A stretch of DNA of 38,496 nt from an uncultured Victivallales bacterium. Lineage in GTDB: Bacteria > Verrucomicrobiota > Kiritimatiellia > JAQICX01. Location: the NCBI GenBank assembly GCA_964441455.1, contig CAYTUX010000145.1:1-38496 (forward strand). The letters run 5' to 3'. The translations under genes were made by a program, and so were the position numbers. Positions 37,665-38,496 of the stretch are shown here, piece after piece (within the stretch, counting starts at the first letter, position 1; every line of letters starts with the position of its first letter). Under the pieces are notes generated by a model. The model saw only the letters and a list, made by a program, of their open reading frames with translations, made no database searches and was not told where the DNA came from.

Positions 37665-38195
37665 AACTTATTGGCAATATGACAAGACTGGAACTTGCAG
37701 CTTTTGTTTCAGATGCTTTTAGGCGGAATGGTATCAATGTTGTTCTTTCTGGAGGCTCTTGTGTGTCAATTTATAGTAAAGAACAATATGTATCCATGGA
37801 TCTTGATTTTGTTAATGCTGGTTTTGCAAAGCGTAGTGATATTATCAACGTCATGAATTCTTTAAACTTCATAGAAGAAAATCGTTATTTTAAGCATCCG
37901 GATACAGAAATTTTTATAGAATTTCCTCCGGGACCTCTTGGTGTCGGAGATGAGCCTGTCAAACAGATTGACGAACTGATAACAAAAAGTTGGAATTCTT
38001 AGAATTATTTCGCCGACCGATTGTGTAAAAGATAGACTTTCATGGTATTATCATAACAATGATACCGAATGTCTTGAGCAAGCAGTTTTAGTTGCCAAAC
38101 AAAATAGGATTGATATTCAAGAAATTAAAAGATGGTCAAGGGTTGAAGGTAAAGAGGGAGTGTTTGATAAGATAAGGAATCTCTTAGAAGGCTAA
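37661..38195 (+). pseudogene. Nucleotidyltransferase-fold protein interrupted by a +1 frameshift
   Basis: VVLSGGS...SMDLD is the NTase GG..DxD motif. The ORF stops at 38002, but removing one A from AAAAA (37984-37988) gives an open continuation VGILRIISPTDCVKDRLSWYYH...EIKRWSRVEGK...LLEG* ending at 38195. Confidence 0.75.
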
Positions 38196-38258
38196 TTTGT
38201 GAGAATTTGAGCGAATGATTTCATAATGAAATAGGAGGTATCGCTTTATTGATTTTGT

Positions 38259-38356
38259 CTATATGTGTTACCGACAACATTAAAACGGTATAGGAGTGCA
38301 GAATTAAAACTGTACGGAAAAAGGCGGATTTCCACATTGCCATCGTATTTTTACTA
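38259..38356. repeat. Imperfect direct repeat, copy 2 (right of wHTH-NTase module)
   Basis: Same blocks as 37087-37200. The TGTTACCGAC and TGTACGG blocks are both offset by exactly 1174 bp. Confidence 0.8.
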
Positions 38357-38496
38357 GCGAGCACATCATAAGATCTTAAGGTGGATATGATAATTTGGGG
38401 CAGTTTTTCATTCTAAAAGTGGTTTAACCTATTAAGAGCAGTTGATTTACTGTAAACATTGGCTATTTGTTTTGTTTCCTGTTAAAGCATAAGGTG

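Overview
AT-rich bacterial chromosomal segment in which every credible gene lies on the + strand. The IHF/HU sequence and the transporter operon suggest a PVC-superphylum organism such as Kiritimatiellota or Lentisphaerota (inference only). Housekeeping blocks are ilvD; mtaB-proS-ihf/hup-hisS-xseB-thrC; a DUF89 phosphatase plus MBL hydrolase; an M18 aminopeptidase; a beta-propeller protein; a stand-alone fusA; and dnaX-ybaB-recR-yggS-like-aroE-aroKB-aroC. The best candidate for an uncharacterised system is a promoter- and terminator-bounded 7-gene operon (about 8490-21053). It combines two OPT-like polytopic membrane proteins, a stand-alone PqqD/RRE-like protein, two paralogous LolD/MacB-type ATPases, a MacB/FtsX permease and a 1597-aa fusion of an apparently inactive PA+M28 peptidase-fold ectodomain with an FtsX permease. 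Other signals: an A11 run in dnaX followed by stops in both alternative frames (probable tau/gamma slippage site); a ~320-bp MITE with terminal inverted repeats and a target duplication inserted in a REP; a GTAG-REP family including a 7x29-bp tandem array; a YggS homologue apparently lacking its PLP lysine; and a wHTH + frameshifted nucleotidyltransferase module flanked by imperfect direct repeats. No rRNA, tRNA or CRISPR array was recognised. Family assignments come from motif recognition by eye, not from database searches.
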